This document shows, one piece after another, positions 12,986 to 25,900 of a stretch of DNA of 64,000 bases (its first letter is position 1; each line of letters begins with the position of its first letter). A program made the position numbers and the translations under genes. The stretch comes from Prorocentrum cordatum (taxonomy: Eukaryota): the NCBI GenBank assembly GCA_963575745.1, contig CAUYUJ010000082.1, positions 1 through 64,000 on the forward strand. Direction: 5' to 3'. The notes beneath the pieces are model-generated. The model searched no databases. It had not been told where the DNA came from and was given only the letters and a program-made list of their open reading frames with translations.

Positions 12986-13200
12986 AGGTCGCCCATTGGT
13001 CCAACGGACCCAGATTTGATTCAGTCAGCGGGGCCTTCCCGGGGTCCGGATATCTCGCAAATGCTCTGATGCATACCGAGTTCACGTAATTAACTGCCTC
13101 ACGTGCGGAAGGGTGGGCACATTTCGGTTAATGATGATAATGATGCGGAGTTGTGACTGATGATGATGCTGCTGCTGATGCTGCTGCTGATGATGCTGCT

Positions 13201-13261
<61 letters not shown>

Positions 13262-13594
13262 AGGGGGAGGAGGAGGTGGAGGAAGGGGATCTAATACTTT
13301 GGATGTTGGAGGGCCGTCAGCGCGAGAGTGCTGTGGACGGAGATGGCCGATCATTGGAGCTTTCAGAGCATGGTGGCAGGCCCAGAGGTTGACACCAACA
13401 CCAAAATCGGCGGTGTGCCTCCACCGAGGGGAGATGATCCCGATATCGGTGATGGTGGTAATATTCTGGCTTCCTGGGCGGCCGAAGTATTGCCACCAAC
13501 ACCGAAGTCTATGATCATCCTCCCCGCCCCCCTGTTTTGGTGCTGGTGGCAATTTCGAAGCCTCCAACATGGGGAATGCAGAGGCGGAGGGGAG

Positions 13595-13632
13595 GGCAAG
13601 CTCATCGTGATCCACGACCTCGACTCCGGGAG
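13595..13632 (+). CDS. WD40 host gene micro-exon GKLIVIHDLDSG(R)
   Basis: AG|G acceptor and AG|GCCGCG donor; phase-2 join to 18044 rebuilds an AGG (Arg) codon. Confidence 0.65.
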
Positions 13633-14051
13633 GCCGCGCCCTCGCCTGGCCTCGCCCCGCGCCGGCCAGGGGAAGCACGGACGAGGAGGAGGAGAAGGAG
13701 GAGGAGGAGGAGGAGGAGGAGGAGGAGGAGGGAGGAGGAGGAGGAGGAGGAGGAGGAGGAGGAGGAGGAGGAGGACCAGCGTGAACCCAAGACTCATCAA
13801 CGATGTTGCAGTACACCCTCCCGTCCAAGTCGGACCCTCTGCGGCGGTCGCGTGGGCCCCGCGGGACGCGCCTGCTGGCGCTCCCGCCTCCGCCCCCGCC
13901 GGCCGCTCCGGCGCTCCCCCTCGTGGCGCTGGCTCTCCCGGTCGGGAGCCTCGCGGCTGCGGCCCACTCCTCGCCCGCCGCGAGGGCGGGGTCGCCGCCC
14001 CGTGGCACCCCGCGTGCGCGCACGGGCCGGCCAGCCAGGGAGGCCCTTCAC

Positions 14052-14197
14052 CCGGCCAGCCACAGCTGGGGGAGCTGTGGTCCTTTTACCCCCCTGGGGG
14101 ACCCATCGATCTCGACACCCCTCTCGAGAGATCGTCGATGCGATGGGTTCCCCCAAGGGGGGTAAGGACCACAGCTCCCCCAGTTGTGGCTGGTCGG
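14052..14197. repeat. ~146-bp near-perfect inverted repeat (foldback/MITE-like)
   Basis: ccggccagccacagctgggggagctgtggtcctt pairs with aaggaccacagctcccccagttgtggctggtcgg; pairing continues inward. Confidence 0.9.
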
Positions 14198-14479
14198 CTT
14201 CACAGGTCACTGATCGAAGCGCCCGGTTGGAAAACAACCGCTTGACAATCGTGAGCTGTGCCAGAGCACCATTCGTGGGACTCTGCGCTGCTCCTGCGTT
14301 CTGACGACCCTGCATCGTGCCAGAACATCATACCTGGGACTTCAACGCCATGAATTAACGTAACTGTTGCGCCCTGACAGTCCGGCATCGTGCCCAAACA
14401 CACTTCCATGAGAATCCTTGATAATCCTTACAATCCTTGATAACCAGGATGATCCTTGGAATTGTTGTAAACTCTTAGC

Positions 14480-14630
14480 ACGAATGTGCGTGGCGCGAAG
14501 GCTAGAGCCAAATTTTGAAAAGGGGCCGCCCTCCATCCGTGAGACCCTTGTTTTCTTAAACGAATGTGAGCGGTGCTCAGGCGAGAGCCACATATTGAAA
14601 ACCACCTGCCCTCCGTCCGCGAAACCCTTG
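14480..14630 (+). repeat. Dispersed ~60-85-bp degenerate repeat family (gcgctaaggcgagagccacattttg); also ~11620-11750, 36690-36960, and minus-strand at ~20495-20610 and ~22185-22300
   Basis: Recurrent motif in short tandem runs. Confidence 0.7.
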
Positions 14631-15779
14631 CGGAGGAGGAAGAAGACGAGGAGGATGAGGAGGAGGAGGGGGAGAAGGAGGGCGAGGAGGAGGAGGAGGA
14701 GGAGGCGGAGGAAGAGTGATGAGTTGGATGCTGATGGGGAGGAGGAGGGGGCGGATGAGGAGGATCGATGAGGACGGACAAGAGATGTAGCGGAGGTGGG
14801 AGGTTCGATGGGTTGGAAGAGGAGAGTGGCAATGCGGGGGAGGAAGAGGAGGATTATGAGGAGGAGGATCGGGAGTTTGACGAGGAACATATACATGTGA
14901 TAAAAAGTTTAAATTCCGTATTCTCCAAATAGGTTTGCCCTATAGGAGTTCTAACTCAAACCTTACTAATTGGTCCGTTGCCCCCCCTAATTCCTATGCC
15001 CCCCCTAATTCCTATGGCTATGCCTATGCCTATGCCTCCCCCCTAACTCCCATGGCCCCCCTATTTACAATGGCACCCCCCAGCTATTTCCAATGTCGAG
15101 TCCTATGGATTCCTATGAGTCGCTTGCTCTTGCTTGCTCTTGCGTGCTCTTGCTTGCTTGCTCTTGTGGCTTGCTCTCGCTTGCTTGCTCTTGCTTGCCC
15201 TTGCTTGCTTGGACTTGATCGCTGGCTCTTGCTTGCTTGTTTTTACTCGCTTGCGCTTGCTTGCTTCCGCTTGCTTGCTTCCGCTTGCTTGATTGCGCTC
15301 CTCCCGTCCTCCCGTCCTGCTCCGGTCCTCCTTTCGTCCTCCTCCTATCCTCCTCTTGTTCTCCTCCTGTCCTCCTATCTATTTGGAGTCAACGCTGGCT
15401 GATATCGGGCTCCTGTCTGAGATTTGGAGAGTTTTGCTTCAGAAGAGCTACCCCTAGTGGCGCTTGAAGAATGTTCGTGCGCACGAGTCAGCTGACAATT
15501 TCTCTGACATCGCTCTCAGACATCAACCAAGAGACAGCAAGGCCGATGACTATGCTGAGGATGGAGTTCGTCCCCACCCGTATGTACTGAACATCATCTT
15601 CCTCTACGGCTCTGCCGAGGGAGAGATGGTAATGTGATCGCCAGGTTTGTTGCAATGGCCGAGGTACGTCTCCAGTGGCCGCCCTTACCGAGTCTTTTGA
15701 AACGAGTCGCGTTGGCGCTGCATTCAGTGCGCCCGTTGCTTTGGTGACGCGAGGGCTCCATGTAGACTCGCGGTTCTCA

Positions 15780-15990
15780 CCCCAGCAATGAATCACTCAC
15801 CTGGTATTAAGCTCGACTCCCCCCTCTCCACACACACCCACACGCTTCACGTTTATACGGTGGCCGAAACTGATTTGCCCATCAGTTTCTGCATTCGTTG
15901 TGGGGCCTACACCCGCTTTTGTCGGGCAAATCCCTGCCGCCTGGCCAGCATGTTTCCCATCCCTCATCCCTGATTGCCCCAACTGGAGTG
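15780..15990 (+). pseudogene. Possible relic of a non-LTR retrotransposon C-terminal Zn-binding motif
   Basis: HTLHVY...FCIRCGAY...PC pattern only. Confidence 0.3.
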
Positions 15991-16047
15991 AGTGGTGGAA
16001 TCTGCTATACAGTGCAGAGGAGGATAAGGAGGACCCGAAAAGGAGAA

Positions 16048-16099
<52 letters not shown>

Positions 16100-16100
16100 C

Positions 16101-16163
<63 letters not shown>

Positions 16164-16399
16164 GGATGATGAGGTGATGATGAGGAGGAGGAGGAGGAGG
16201 ACGAGGAGGAGAAGGATCGGCGTGACTACGTGGTGGGGAGGGACGCCACTCTCGTGTCGGCCGAATGGGGCGCCGACGCGGCGTGGCTGGGCCCGTGGCG
16301 CCCCTCCCGTGCCGGAGCGAGACCAGGGCGGGCGGCACGCCTAGGCTCACGGCAGTAGTGTCCGAGGCCAAGGCGAGGCTCCGCGCCGTCGGCGCAAGG

Positions 16400-16960
16400 G
16401 TGCAAGGGTGCGCTGGGACCCAATCGTACCTGGTCGAGCAAAAAACGTACAGCCAGCAGATGGTGCAATAGCGCCCGTCGCACGACAGTGCCATGCGTGG
16501 CCTCGGCTCACGAGCTGCTCGCAGAGCACGCCAACAAGCGCCCCGTGGGACCAGGGGTCGTACTCCGCCACGACGGCACGCGGGACACACTGGGCGAGTG
16601 GCTCGCCAAGTGCTACGGGGAGAACGCGGTCAGCTTCGAGCAGCGCGTCCCCACCTGGGACTGGCGCACTGCCGAGGGCTGGCATCCCTGACGTCCCTGA
16701 CGTCGTGCTGGCATGCCCGGGCTGGCGGCTGTGCTGCGACGTGAGCGTCTTCGAAGCTTTGGTGTCCGCAGGTCCTGGCAACCGCCGGAAGGCTGCGACG
16801 TCCATCCTCGCGGCGCGAGGGCGGGGGCGGAAGAAGCGTGCCCGAAACGTGGGCCCCAGGCTTTGGCGCCGCCGTCCTCGAGCCCGGCGGCTTCACGGGA
16901 GCGGTCGGAGCTGCAGGGCTTCTGCGCGCCCGTGCTCCGGGCGCGGGTCGCCTGAAACCG
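16400..16960 (+). pseudogene. Decayed restriction-like endonuclease domain of a non-LTR (R2/CRE-type) retrotransposon
   Basis: Across frames: HANKRPVGPGVVLRHDGTRDTLGEWL...EQRVPTW; PDVVL...CDVSV...KKRARN; VLEPGGFTG. Confidence 0.55.
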
Positions 16961-17399
16961 CGCTGGCTGGCGCGCGCCGGCGCGTGGTCTCGGCAGTGGC
17001 GCGGGGCACTGCGCCCGTGCTCCCAAACGCGCCTGGGCCTGGGCTGCGGGCGGTCGCGTGCCCACATGGTCCAGCTGCGGCCGCCGAGGTCGTCGTCCTG
17101 GTCGTCGTCCGCCTCCCCCTTCCGCACCAGCTGCCGGCCACATGCGAACCCTACCCCTACCCCCCCACGATTTCTGAGGGGGAGGGTAGGGTTCACTTCG
17201 TTCGGGAGCTCCCGAGCGAAGTGAACCCTTCCACTCCGGCGTGCTCGGCGTCGGCCCCCGTGTGCTCACGGGGGCTCTGGCGTGGAGCTCGGGCGCGGGT
17301 CGCGCGGTTCTGTGAGCTGGAGCTCCTGGGCTCGCGTGCTCTGAGTCCCGTGAGCGGCGGCCGACCTTCTCGTCGCCCTCACCTCGCGCGCGCCCGCCG

Positions 17400-17542
<143 letters not shown>

Positions 17543-18043
17543 CTATCCCGCTCGATGCCTCGGGCGGGCGCCCAGCGGGGGTGCTGGGTGGTTGGCGGTC
17601 CCCGTCCGCGCGCACGCCGCCTCCGCCCTCCGCTCCTCGCCGCGCGGTGGGGCGCAGCCTGGGTGCCCGCGCGGGGGGGGGGGGGGGGCGGGGAAGCGTC
17701 GGCTCCGCCGGCTGGGCTGGGGCGCGAGGGGCTTGGCATCGCTCGGACGTGTGCGTTCTCCCTTGGCGAGCAACGTCGGGGAGCATCCTGGAACATCTCG
17801 CGAAAGATAAGCGCACGAAGCCAAACAGTGCACGGGCAACGGACGTCCGAGCGACGGCAAGGGGGGGGAAGGGAGGTGCGAAGGCTGGAACGGAGGGGGG
17901 GGGGGGCGCTGGAGGAAGCTGTGGGGGCGAGTGGGTGCGGGAGATGCTGTGTGTGGGGGGGGGGCGCACGAGGACGAGGAAGGAAGGGATGGAGGAACTG
18001 AACTTCGCCGCGCGCCGTCGGCGGCCCCGCCGCCACCCCGCAG

Positions 18044-18125
18044 GCAGGACTTCGTCCGCGGGCACTCTGCCGCGATCACCTGCCTGGCGCACTCCGTGGA
18101 GCAGTCCCTCGGCGCCTCGGGGCAG
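18044..18125 (+). CDS. WD40 host gene exon (R)QDFVRGHSAAITCLAHSVEQSLGASGQ
   Basis: ccccgcag acceptor, CAG|GCCGCG donor; classic GH...I.CLA.S......ASG WD40 core. Confidence 0.78.
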
Positions 18126-18193
18126 GCCGCGGCCCCCTTTGTGGCGCCGCCGGGGGAGGGCTCCCCACGGTCCTGGTGGCGAGTTGTGGATTC

Positions 18194-18249
<56 letters not shown>

Positions 18250-18364
18250 GTGGTGATGATGATGGCGACGACGACGATGATGATGCTGCTGACGACGATG
18301 ATGATACTGATGATATTGATGATGCTGATTCTGCTGCTGATGATGATGATGATGATGCTGCTGC

Positions 18365-18404
<40 letters not shown>

Positions 18405-18721
18405 AATGATGATGATGGTGATGATGGTGATGATGATGACGATGACTACGACGACGACATCGATGATGATCACAATGACGATGAGGACGCTGATGATTCT
18501 GGGGATGATGCTAATGATGATGCTGATGCTGAGGATGATGTTACTGCTGATAATGATGATGATGCTGATGCTGCTGCTGATGATGATGGTGGTGGTGGTG
18601 ATGGTGCTGGTGCTGTTGGTGGTGGTGAGGATCATGATGGTGATGATGATGATGATGATGATGATCATGATGATGATGATGGTGGTGGTGGTGGTGGTGA
18701 TACTGATGATGCTGATGATGG

Positions 18722-18772
<51 letters not shown>

Positions 18773-19175
18773 CTACGACGACGACATTGATGATGACGAT
18801 GACGATGAGGACGCTGATGATTCTGGGGATGATGCTGATGATGATGCTGATGCTGATGACGATGTTGCTGCTCATGATGCTGATGATGATGACGATGATG
18901 ATGATGATGCTGATGCTGCTGCTGATGATGGTGGTGGTGGTGATGCTGTTGGTGGTCGTTCTGATCATGATGGTGATGATGATGATGATGGTGATAATGA
19001 TTATGATCATGATGATGATGATGATGCTGATGCTGATGACGACGACGACGACGATGATGATGATGCTGATGCTGATGACGATGTTGCTGCTCATGATGCT
19101 GATGATGATGATGATGATGATGATGCTGATGCTGCTGCTGATGATGATGATGATGATGATGATGATGCTTCTGCT

Positions 19176-19234
<59 letters not shown>

Positions 19235-19559
19235 CGAGGAGGAGGAGGAGGATGAGGAGGAGGAGGAGGAGAAGGTGGGGGGGGACGTTGAGGACACTGA
19301 GGAGGGGGAGTGGGAGGATGAGGAGAAAGGGGATGATGATGATGTTGATGATGATGATGATGATGCTGATGATGATGATGACGATGATGCTGCTGCTGAT
19401 GATGATGATGATGATGATGAAAATGAGGATGAGGATGAGGATGAGGTGAGGATGCTGATGATGATGACGACGATGATGATGATGATGATGATGAGGAGGA
19501 GGAGGAGGATGAGGATGAGGATGAGGATGAGGATGAGGATGATATTGATGATGATGATA

Positions 19560-19650
<91 letters not shown>

Positions 19651-19745
19651 GGAGGAGGAGGAGGAGGAGGAGGAGAGGAGGACAGGATGAGGAGGAGTAG
19701 GAGGAGGAGGAGGAGAGGAGGAGGAGGAGGAGGAGGAGGAGGAGG
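18194..19745. repeat. Compound (GAT/GCT/GGT)n then (GAG)n microsatellite with internal block duplication (~18430-18540 vs ~18770-18860)
   Basis: Direct reading. Confidence 0.95.
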
Positions 19746-20739
19746 ACGGCCTCTTGTTCCTGCCCTTCTGCTTGCGCTCGTCTGCTCTCGCTGTCGGGGC
19801 TGCTCCTGGCCCCCAGTTTCTGATTATTCCAATCTCCCTCTTGTTTCTCTTCAACTTTTTTCTGCTCGTCCTCGGCCTGCTGCTGCTGCTGCTCCTCGGA
19901 TCGCCCCTCTCCTGGGGAGGTGTTGTTCACCGGCGATGGTGGTCTCCAGCCGCAAGGCTACTTACATAAGGCCAATTCTCTCAAAACTGGAGAGGGTGGA
20001 ACTGCGAAGGGGATGAGGACGACGATTCGCTCCCCGTGCCAGCCCAGCACCTTGTTCGGTGGGCGCTCAGGAGGCCATAACGTGCGAGAACTCGTGTCCC
20101 AAGGCTTGGGAGGGCCATAACATGCGACACTCTCTTCCGAGTCGTGTCGGGGATTCTCTTCTTGTCATCGTCGCCTTCCTTCCCTCGGTTCTTCTTTTCC
20201 TGGGCTCCTGTAGGGCAGTCTTGGCTGTCCTTTGGGCAGCTCTTGGCCGCCTTCGGGCACTAGTGGGCCGTCTTGGGGCTCTCTTGGCCGCCTGGGGGGG
20301 GTCTCTTCCAGCAGTCGTGAGGCCGTCTTTCGGCCGTCTGGTGTCGTCGAGGGGCTCGCTGAGGCCGTCCTGGGCCCCTCTGCAGGCTTTCTCGGGCCAG
20401 CCTGGGGCTCGTGCTGGGCCTCCCTGGGCCCTGGGAGAGCGGCGGCCGCGTCGACCGCGCCCCCCCCCCCCCCATCTCCTCCTCGCCTCAGAATGGAGCT
20501 CTCGCCCAAGCGCCGCGCACACTCTTTCCAGACTTTTGCAATTCAAGGATGGAGCAGAGGGGGTCGTCTTCAGCATGGGGCCCCCCGCCTCAGCGCCGCG
20601 CCCAATCGTTCTATAAAGTTACACGAGGTTCAACGAGTCGTTTTGAAAATGGGGCTGTTGCCTCGGCGCCAGGAGCATAAAATTATCCTGGCGAAAGACC
20701 CAACCATAAGCAATTGTTGGTAACGCGTTGTGGGTGCCG

Positions 20740-22020
20740 CTTTCGGTGGGGCTCCATATGGGGCCACGAAGCGCTGCCTTGGATGGGGGAACCGCATGCG
20801 GACTGCGCCACCGGGGCGGGCCTTCGGTGGAGCTCCCTATGGGGCTACGAAACGCTGCCCTGGGTGGGGGAACCGCATGCGAACTGCGCCACTGGGGCCT
20901 TCGGTGGAGCTCCCTATGGTGCCACGAAACGCTGCCCTGGGTGGGGGAAGCGCATGCGAACTGCGCCACGGGGGCTTTCGGTGGAGCTCCCCATGGGGCC
21001 ACGAAGCGCTGCCCTGGGTGGGGGAACCGCATGCGAACACCCCCACTGGGGCCTTCGGTGGAGCTCCCTATGGGGCCACGAAACGCTGCCCTGGGTGGGG
21101 GAACCGCATGCGAACACCCCCACTGGGGCCTTCGGTGGAGCTCCCTATGGGGCCACGAAACGCTGCCCTGGGTGGGGGAACCGCATGCGAACACCCCCAC
21201 TGGGGCCTTCGGTGGAGCTCCCTATGGGGCTACGAAACGCTGCCCTGGGTGGGGGAACCGCATGCGAACACCCCCACTGGGGCCTTCGGTGGAGCTCCCT
21301 ATGGGGCCACGAAACGCTGCCCTGGGTGGGGGAACCGCATGCGAACACCCCCACTGGGGCCTTCGGTGGAGCTCCCTATGGGGCTACGAAACGCTGCCCT
21401 GGGTGGGGGAACCGCATGCGAACCCCCCACTGGGGCCTTCGGTGGAGCTCCCTATGGGGCCACGAAACGCTGCCCTGGGTGGGGGAACCGCATGCGAACA
21501 CCCCCACTGGGGCCTTCGGTGGAGCTCCCTATGGGGCCACGAAACGCTGCCCTGGGTGGGGGAACCGCATGCGAACACCCCCACTGGGGCCTTCGGTGGA
21601 GCTCCCTATGGGGCTACGAAACGCTGCCCTGGGTGGGGGAACCGCATGCGAACACCCCCACTGGGGCCTTCGGTGGAGCTCCCTATGGGGCTACGAAACG
21701 CTGCCCTGGGTGGGGGAACCGCATGCGAACACCCCCACTGGGGCCTTCGGTGGAGCTCCCTATGGGGCCACGAAACGCTGCCCTGGGTGGGGGAACCGCA
21801 TGCGAACACCCCCACTGGGGCCTTCGGTGGAGCTCCCTATGGGGCCACGAAACGCTGCCCTGGGTGGGGGAACCGCATGCGAACACCCCCACTGGGGCCT
21901 TCGGTGGAGCTCCCTATGGACGAAACGCTGCCCTGGGTGGGGGAACCGCATGCGAACACCCCACTGGGCCTTCGCTACGAAACGCCCTATGGTGAGCTCC
22001 CTATGGGGCTACGAAACGCG
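20740..22020. repeat. 77-bp GC-rich tandem satellite, about 16 near-identical copies
   Basis: Unit ggggccttcggtggagctccctatggggccacgaaacgctgccctgggtgggggaaccgcatgcgaacacccccact. Confidence 0.97.
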
Positions 22021-22996
22021 TGAGAGGTGTGCCGAGAGCAGAGGCAAGGAGGGGGAGGAGGAGGAGGAGAGGAGAGGAACGCGGGGCACCGTCTCTTCAA
22101 AACGAGGACCCAACACCACAGGATGGTTGGGAAAAAAACGCTCGCAGTGGCTTCACTGACGGAGGGCGGATCCTTCTTTCAAACTGGGGCTCTCGTCTCA
22201 GCGCCACGCGCATTCGCCCCCAAGAGGCTGGAATACCTTCCACGGGGCCGTGTCCAGTAGGAGGCCCTCGCCTCAGCGCCGACCTCGCCCGAGCGCCGCG
22301 CAGCCTGTGAGTGAAAGTGGCAGCGCCGCGTCTGCCCGGCGCGTGCTTCGCCTTCGCCGCGCCCCTCGCAAGCACCGCCGCTCCCGCCCCGGCGCGGCCT
22401 GCGCACTCTTCCCTCTGCCAGGCCGTCGGAAGCGGGGCCGCGCGCGAGGGCCGTCCGCCTGCGAGGCGGGAGCGCGCTCCAGCCCCAATGCGAAGACAGA
22501 TGCCCCAGTTGACTCCTCTGCTGTGGGAGGGGGCGTGGGAACAGCCTCCTGCCTCGCTCGAGCTTGGCCAAACTTGGCTCCTGCTCCTGCTCCTCCTCCC
22601 TCCTATTTCTCCTCCTCCCCATCCCCCTCCACCTCCTCCTCCCCATCCCTCTCCTCCTCCTGCGACACTGCGGGCATGGCGGTCCTGTTCCGCCGCAGCC
22701 CGCGCCGCGCCGCGCGCTACTGCGCGACGCGACGCCGAACCAGTCGAGCGACCGATGTTGGCCCAGGGACCCGCCACCAGGGAGAGGAAGCCTCTAAGTT
22801 TCGGAGCGAAGGAAGGCGGGCCCAGGGAAAACGGAACCAGGCGAACGCGTCCAGGGGGAAAGCGAGAAACGAGGGCCTCCTGGGCGATCGGAGAGGGCGA
22901 GATCGAAGGACGCGAACGAGGCCTGGCTGATGCCGCTGAGAAGGCCCCTTGTGGGCGACTGGTAGTCTACCCGTCCTAGCGCCCGTGCGGGCTCTG

Positions 22997-25900
22997 TTAG
23001 GTGGGCATGTGCATCTCCCCCCCCTCGTCCTCGAGGGGGCGTTCACCTCGGGGTTGGCCTCGTTCGCGTGCGTACACGGCGCCATCGCGTGGTGGTTGCC
23101 CCCGTTGCTCTTCTTGTGCCCCTGTTACGGGCATGGCGTTTTCCGTTGTCTGACGACGTGTGGTGTGGTCGGTCGTGCGTTCTGACGTGGTTGATGAAGC
23201 GAGGCAGTTCGAGGCTTGTGGCGACGAGTATCCAGGTCGCGGCTCGAGGAGCACCGCGCCTGGACGTTCTGACATCCAGCAGTCGGGTCCTGGCTGTTGT
23301 GGATGACGATGCAGTCGAGCATGCCACATATCGTCGGTGCTGGGTCGGCGTTCGGTGCTGATGTGGTCGCCGTTGCCATCATGTCCATCATAGTGCCACG
23401 TCTGTGCCTTTGTGTATGCGTCGGCGGTGGGCTGGAGTGTTTGCTCTATGGCCTGCGTCAGTGTCGTTGTCGTGGTGATGTCTGCAGGGCAGTTGCAAGC
23501 AGTGAATGCTGTGGTCGGGGTTGTGCTGCACGTCGTTGTGATGTATGCGTATTCCTGTAGCTGCAGGTGTCGGAGGCTGCTGTCCAAGATGATGGTAGGT
23601 GTGCGCGTCATCATCATCCGCTGTGCGGTCCGTAGGACGTGCCTCATGCTGTCGTTGTCTTGTCGTACCGCTCTGTGCTGCGCGGGTGTGAGATCCAGTC
23701 GTCCCCAAGGTGCCTCTTGCGTCCTGAGGTTGAGGTCGCGGTCGAAGGTCGTGAGGTCGGCGTCGATGATGCAGAAGGCAGCGTGGTCGTATGGTGTCGT
23801 GGCCATGTCGGAAGCCGTTGGGTCAGGTTGGGGTGGGTGCATGGTTGGCAGGTGGTGGAGTTCGATGGAGATGCTGTGTCTGTCTGCGGTGGCTTGGAGG
23901 GCGTCGGTCACCGCGCTGGTGTGGTCGTGGTTGGCGGTGAAGAGCAGTACGATGCTGGGCTTTCCTGTGATGTCGGTCATCCCCGTGTCTGCTCGGTTGG
24001 GTCCGCTGTCTTGTGTGGTGGGTGCGTCGGTGGGTAGTTGGGCTGGTATTGGTCGGTGGTCGTGGTCGGCGTGGGTTGGTGGTCCCAGTGCTGGCCCATG
24101 TAGCTGGATGGGTGGCCGCTCGGCGTAGTCTTCTGGAAGCCCAGCGTGTCGGTTGGATCGTCGTACGCGTCGGGTCTCCTCCTTGTGCGCGTCGATGTCT
24201 TCTGTTGGCGGCTTCGCTCCGAACTGCATCAGTGTGGCTGCACACTGGTGTGACGCCTTGACGTGTTTGGTAAGTCTGTTCGCGGTGTAGAAGTACTTCA
24301 AGCATACCTGGCAGGTGTCGCCGACGATGTAGTTGTCTATGGTGTGCTTGTCCTGGTGGACAGCGTAGACATGCTTGTTGTGTGCTGCTTTGGTCTTGAA
24401 TGTAGCACCGCAATGGTAACACATAACTCTGGCTGGTGCTGGTGTCGTGGTTCCTGCTTGTCGGGGTAGTGGCGGCACTCCCAGTGCTGTTGCCGTTAGC
24501 GATAGGTCTGCCCGCAGCTGGTCCTGCGCTGCTCGGTCGGAGGATGAGTCTTGTGCGCGCTTGTAGGTGCTCGTAATAAAAGACTTGACCGTGTGCATGT
24601 CGTTGCGTGCAGCCTTGATGAAGTCGATGATGTCCTTGGGTGCGGTGGTGATGCGGGTGCCGTCGCAGTGCTGTCGGCATGTGTGGATGTCGTTGTTGAT
24701 GGTTTGCGTCCAGGTGCCGTTGACTTCGATGTCGTAGTCAATGAGTGCCTGCGTTTCGTACGGGCATCCTTTTATGAGTCGCAAAAGTTCTCGCAGTCGT
24801 AGCCATCGTAGTCGGTCTTCGAGGTTCGGTAGTTGAGCACGTGCCAGTATCTGCTCGTTGGTGATGTGCTTGTCCTTCATGGCCTTGTGCGTAATTCCTA
24901 TTGCCTGTCGAGCCGCAGTGACGTAGGCTGTGTTGATCCTGTGGTAGTCCCGCGCTGTTGTGATGAGCCATGTCCCCGCGTTAAATAGCAGTCTTGAATA
25001 GCCGAAGGACTCGAGGTAGTGGATCTTAGTCTGGATGGAGATGGCTTGTCGTTGGAACAAGGTGCGTCGGAGTGGGCCTGTTGTCTCGCGTAGCGCGATG
25101 GTGCGTGCTACCGTCTCCTGGCCCATGTCGTTCCTGTCGTTGAACATCGCGCCCAGCAGCTTGGTGCTTCTAGCGATGGTGACGCAGAGCCCCATGTCGG
25201 TGATGCTGTGGTTGTCCCGTATCATGGTCCGTGTAGCTCTTTTGCCTGCGACGGTGTTGGGGTAGACGGTGAAGCTGGACTTCTTGGTGTTGATCGGGAG
25301 GCCTCTTCGCAGTGTCGCGCGTATGAGATGTCCCCACATCTTGGTGATGAGTGCGTGGATCATGGTGCCGTCTGCCGTGGATGCAGCCGCCTTGACGTCG
25401 TCTACGAAGGATGTAGAGGACAGTGTGGCGTTGTGGTCGCAAGCTCGGAGACGTGGTGGGGCATGCGGTATGTCGAAAGTCGCTCCATCCTCGACGGCGT
25501 GGTCGTGGTAGTCTCGCGTGACGTCCGCCATGAGCATGTTGAATGTGAAGTCGGCTGTTGGTACGCCAGGGCGTGTACCAAGTCGTGGTGCTGCGTAGCT
25601 GCACTGGTCGTCAATATAGAACCAAGTCCCAGTGTGTGCCTCCGTGAGCATGTCGACAATGTGTTGGTTGTCCACGTGTTGGTTGACAATGCCGTTGTCG
25701 GTCATGAGGGCCTCAATCGCGGGAAGCATGACATGGGGGATGTCGATGTGGGCGAGAAGGTCGTCCAGCTGCTCCTTGGTCTGGGTGAGGTTGTACACGA
25801 GCTGGTTGACTACCTTGTGGAAGGCTGCTTTCAAGTCTATCATGATGATGACCATGTCGTGCTTCAAGTGGTAGGCGGTGTTGAATAGGAGCCGCATCGT

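Noticed and set aside
20714..22159. CRISPR array or repeat-protein gene
   Set aside because: Units are identical end to end with no unique spacers and no cas genes; a 77-bp unit makes all frames cycle through the same peptide
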